In this document: piece after piece, positions 60,201-64,000 of the stretch
How positions within the stretch are numbered: the first letter of the stretch is position 1
Layout of the letters: every line of letters starts with the position of its first letter
Source of the DNA: Tubulanus polymorphus
Lineage: Eukaryota; Animalia; Nemertea
Reading direction: 5' to 3'
DNA: 64,000 nucleotides
NCBI RefSeq assembly: GCF_964204645.1
Contig: NC_134029.1
Coordinates: 372,001-436,000, forward strand
Translations under genes and position numbers: made by a program
The notes under the pieces: generated by a model
Told to the model about the DNA's origin: nothing
What the model saw: the letters and a program-made list of their open reading frames with translations, nothing else
Databases searched by the model: none

Positions 60201-63200
60201 GTAACTACTGACAGTCTCCTTGTATCTGAACCTGGGAGCTGGTTATCAGTCTAGCCTCATCGGACCCACCAGTAACTACTGACAGTCTCCTTGTATCTGA
60301 ACCTGGGAGCTGGTTATCAGTCTAGCCTCATCGGACCCACCAGTAACTACTGACAGTCTCCTTGTATCGGAACCTGAGAGCTGGTTATCAGTCTAGCCTC
60401 ATCGGACCCACCAGTAACTACTGACAGTCTCCTTGTATCGGAACCTGAGAGCTGGTTATCAGTCTAGCCTCATCGGACCCACCAGTAACTACTGACAGTC
60501 TCCTCGTATCTGAACCTGGGAGCTGGTTATCAGTCTAGCCTCATCGGACCCACCAGTAACTACTGACAGTCTCCTCGTATCTGAACCTGGGAGCTGGTTA
60601 TCAGTCTAGCCTCATCGGACCCACCAGTAACTACTGACAGTCTCCTCGTATCTGAACCTGGGAGCTGGTTATCAGTCTAGCCTCATCGGACCCACCAGTA
60701 ACTACTGACAGTCTCCTCGTATCTGAACCTGGGAGCTGGTTATCAGTCTAGCCTCATCGGACCCACCAGTAACTACTGACAGTCTCCTCGTATCGGAACC
60801 TGGGAGCTGGTTATCAGTCTAGCCTCATCGGACCCACCAGTAACTACTGACAGTCTCCTCGTATCGGAAACTGTGAGCTGGTTATCAGTCTAGCCTCATC
60901 GGACCCACCAGTAACTACTGACAGTCTCCTCGTATCGGAACCTGAGAGCTGGTTATCAGTCTAGCCTCATCGGACCCACCAGTAACTACTGACAGTCTCC
61001 TCGTATCGGAACCTGGGAGCTGGTTATCAGTCTAGCCTCATCGGACCCACCAGTAACTACTGACAGTCTCCTTGTATCGGAACCTGGGAGCTGGTTATCA
61101 GTCTAGCCTCATCGGACCCACCAGTAACTACTGACAGTCTCCTCGTATCGGAACCTGGGTGCTGGTTATCAGTCTAGCCTCATCGGACCCACCAGTAACT
61201 ACTGACAGTCTCCTCGTATCTGAACCTGGGAGCTGGTTATCAGTCTAGCCTCATCGGACCCACCAGTAACTACTGACAGTCTCCTCGTATCTGAACCTGG
61301 GAGCTGGTTATCAGTCTAGCCTCATCGGACCCACCAGTAACTACTGACAGTCTCCTCGTATCTGAACCTGGGAGCTGGTTATCAGTCTAGCCTCATCGGA
61401 CCCACCAGTAACTACTGACAGTCTCCTCGTATCGGAACCTGGGAGCTGGTTATCAGTCTAGCCTCATCGGACCCACCAGTAACTACTGACAGTCTCCTCG
61501 TATCGGAACCTGAGAGCTGGTTATCAGTCTAGCCTCATCGGACCCACCAGTAACTACTGACAGTCTCCTTGTATCGGAACCTGGGAGCTGGTTATCAGTC
61601 TAGCCTCATCGGACCCACCAGTAACTACTGACAGTCTCCTCGTATCGGAACCTGAGAGCTGGTTATCAGTCTAGCCTCATCGGACCCACCAGTAACTACT
61701 GACAGTCTCCTCGTATCTGAACCTGGGAGCTGGTTATCAGTCTAGCCTCATCGGACCCACCAGTAACTACTGACAGTCTCCTTGTATCGGAACCTGGGAG
61801 CTGGTTATCAGTCTAGCCTCATCGGACCCACCAGTAACTACTGACAGTCTCCTTGTATCTGAACCTGGGAGCTGGTTATCAGTCTAGCCTCATCGGACCC
61901 ACCAGTAACTACTGACAGTCTCCTCGTATCTGAACCTGGGAGCTGGTTATCAGTCTAGCCTCATCGGACCCACCAGTAACTACTGACAGTCTCCTTGTAT
62001 CGGAACCTGAGAGCTGGTTATCAGTCTAGCCTCATCGGACCCACCAGTAACTACTGACAGTCTCCTCGTATCTGAACCTGGGAGCTGGTTATCAGTCTAG
62101 CCTCATCGGACCCACCAGTAACTACTGACAGTCTCCTTGTATCGGAACCTGAGAGCTGGTTATCAGTCTAGCCTCATCGGACCCACCAGTAACTACTGAC
62201 AGTCTCCTTGTATCGGAACCTGAGAGCTGTTTATCAGTCTAGCCTCATCGGACCCACCAGTAACTACTGACAGTCTCCTTGTATCGGAACCTGAGAGCTG
62301 GTTATCAGTCTAGCCTCATCGGACCCACCAGTAACTACTGACAGTCTCCTTGTATCTGAACCTGGGAGCTGGTTATCAGTCTAGCCTCATCGGACCCACC
62401 AGTAACTACTGACAGTCTCCTTGTATCTGAACCTGGGAGCTGGTTATCAGTCTAGCCTCATCGGACCCACCAGTAACTACTGACAGTCTCCTTGTATCGG
62501 AACCTGAGAGCTGGTTATCAGTCTAGCCTCATCGGACCCACCAGTAACTACTGACAGTCTCCTTGTATCGGAACCTGAGAGCTGGTTATCAGTCTAGCCT
62601 CATCGGACCCACCAGTAACTACTGACAGTCTCCTCGTATCTGAACCTGGGAGCTGGTTATCAGTCTAGCCTCATCGGACCCACCAGTAACTACTGACAGT
62701 CTCCTCGTATCTGAACCTGGGAGCTGGTTATCAGTCTAGCCTCATCGGACCCACCAGTAACTACTGACAGTCTCCTCGTATCTGAACCTGGGAGCTGGTT
62801 ATCAGTCTAGCCTCATCGGACCCACCAGTAACTACTGACAGTCTCCTCGTATCTGAACCTGGGAGCTGGTTATCAGTCTAGCCTCATCGGACCCACCAGT
62901 AACTACTGACAGTCTCCTTGTATCGGAACATGGGAGCTGGTTATCAGTCTAGCCTCATCGGACCCACCAGTAACTACTGACAGTCTCCTTGTATCAGAAC
63001 CTGAGAGCTGGTTATCAGTCTAGCCTCATCGGACCCACCAGTAACTACTGACAGTCTCCTTGTATCGGAACATGGGAGCTGGTTATCAGTCTAGCCTCAT
63101 CGGACCCACCAGTAACTACTGACAGTCTCCTCGTATCGGAACCTGGGAGCTGGTTATCAGTCTAGCCTCATCGGACCCACCAGTAACTACTGACAGTCTC

Positions 63201-64000
63201 CTCGTATCGGAACCTGAGAGCTGGTTATCAGTCTAGCCTCATCGGACCCACCAGTAACTACTGACAGTCTCCTCGTATCGGAACCTGGGAGCTGGTTATC
63301 AGTCTAGCCTCATCGGACCCACCAGTAACTACTGACAGTCTCCTCGTATCTGAACCTGGGAGCTGGTTATCAGTCTAGCCTCATCGGACCCACCAGTAAC
63401 TACTGACAGTCTCCTCGTATCGGAACATGGGAGCTGGTTATCAGTCTAGCCTCATCGGACCCACCAGTAACTACTGACAGTCTCCTTGTATCGGAACCTG
63501 GGAGCTGGTTATCAGTCTAGCCTCATCGGACCCACCAGTAACTACTGACAGTCTCCTTGTATCGGAACCTGGGAGCTGGTTATCAGTCTAGCCTCATCGG
63601 ACCCACCAGTAACTACTGACAGTCTCCTTGTATCTGAACCTGAGAGCTGGTTATCAGTCTAGCCTCATCGGACCCACCAGTAACTACTGACAGTCTCCTC
63701 GTATCGGAACATGGGAGCTGGTTATCAGTCTAGCCTCATCGGACCCACCAGTAACTACTGACAGTCTCCTCGTATCTGAACCTGGGAGCTGGTTATCAGT
63801 CTAGCCTCATCGGACCCACCAGTAACTACTGACAGTCTCCTCGTATCGGAACCTGGGAGCTGGTTATCAGTCTAGCCTCATCGGACCCACCAGTAACTAC
63901 TGACAGTCTCCTCGTATCTGAACCTGGGAGCTGGTTATCAGTCTAGCCTCATCGGACCCACCAGTAACTACTGACAGTCTCCTCGTATCGGAACATGGGA
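57291..64000. repeat. 71-bp satellite, ~94 copies, runs off window end
   Basis: GTAACTACTGACAGTCTCCTCGTATCTGAACCTGGGAGCTGGTTATCAGTCTAGCCTCATCGGACCCACCA. Confidence 0.99.

Noticed and set aside
57291-64000. 71-bp unit as hammerhead (minus strand CCGATGAGGCTAG)
   Set aside because: U4 is C, no GAAA, and no stems I/III; at most a remnant
31800-64000. Tandem arrays as CRISPR
   Set aside because: No unique spacers, no cas genes, eukaryotic context

Overview
AT-rich, intron-containing animal genomic DNA (probably an invertebrate; taxon not determinable here). Two convergent spliced genes can be rebuilt by hand. (1) A 3-exon C2H2 zinc-finger gene on + (7417-11128, ~557 aa, 10 fingers). (2) MCTP (multiple C2 and transmembrane domain protein) on -, with 16 core exons (19141-34338, 700 codons with stop). 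MCTP also has four candidate alternative first exons up to 54782 and several candidate micro/cassette exons. Much of the rest is minisatellite/satellite (units ~21-76 bp, two arrays with higher-order duplications), MITEs and a full tRNA-derived SINE. The most notable observation is the 69-bp satellite at 31800-32590: nearly every unit reads as a minimal type I hammerhead ribozyme of the Penelope-like-element kind, antisense to MCTP. Also notable are six long foldback hairpins in a B-box satellite behind the ZNF gene, a triplicated final splice acceptor of MCTP, and a recursive-splice-type site in the ZNF gene. All exon calls come from manual reading of splice signals and phase, with no transcript evidence.
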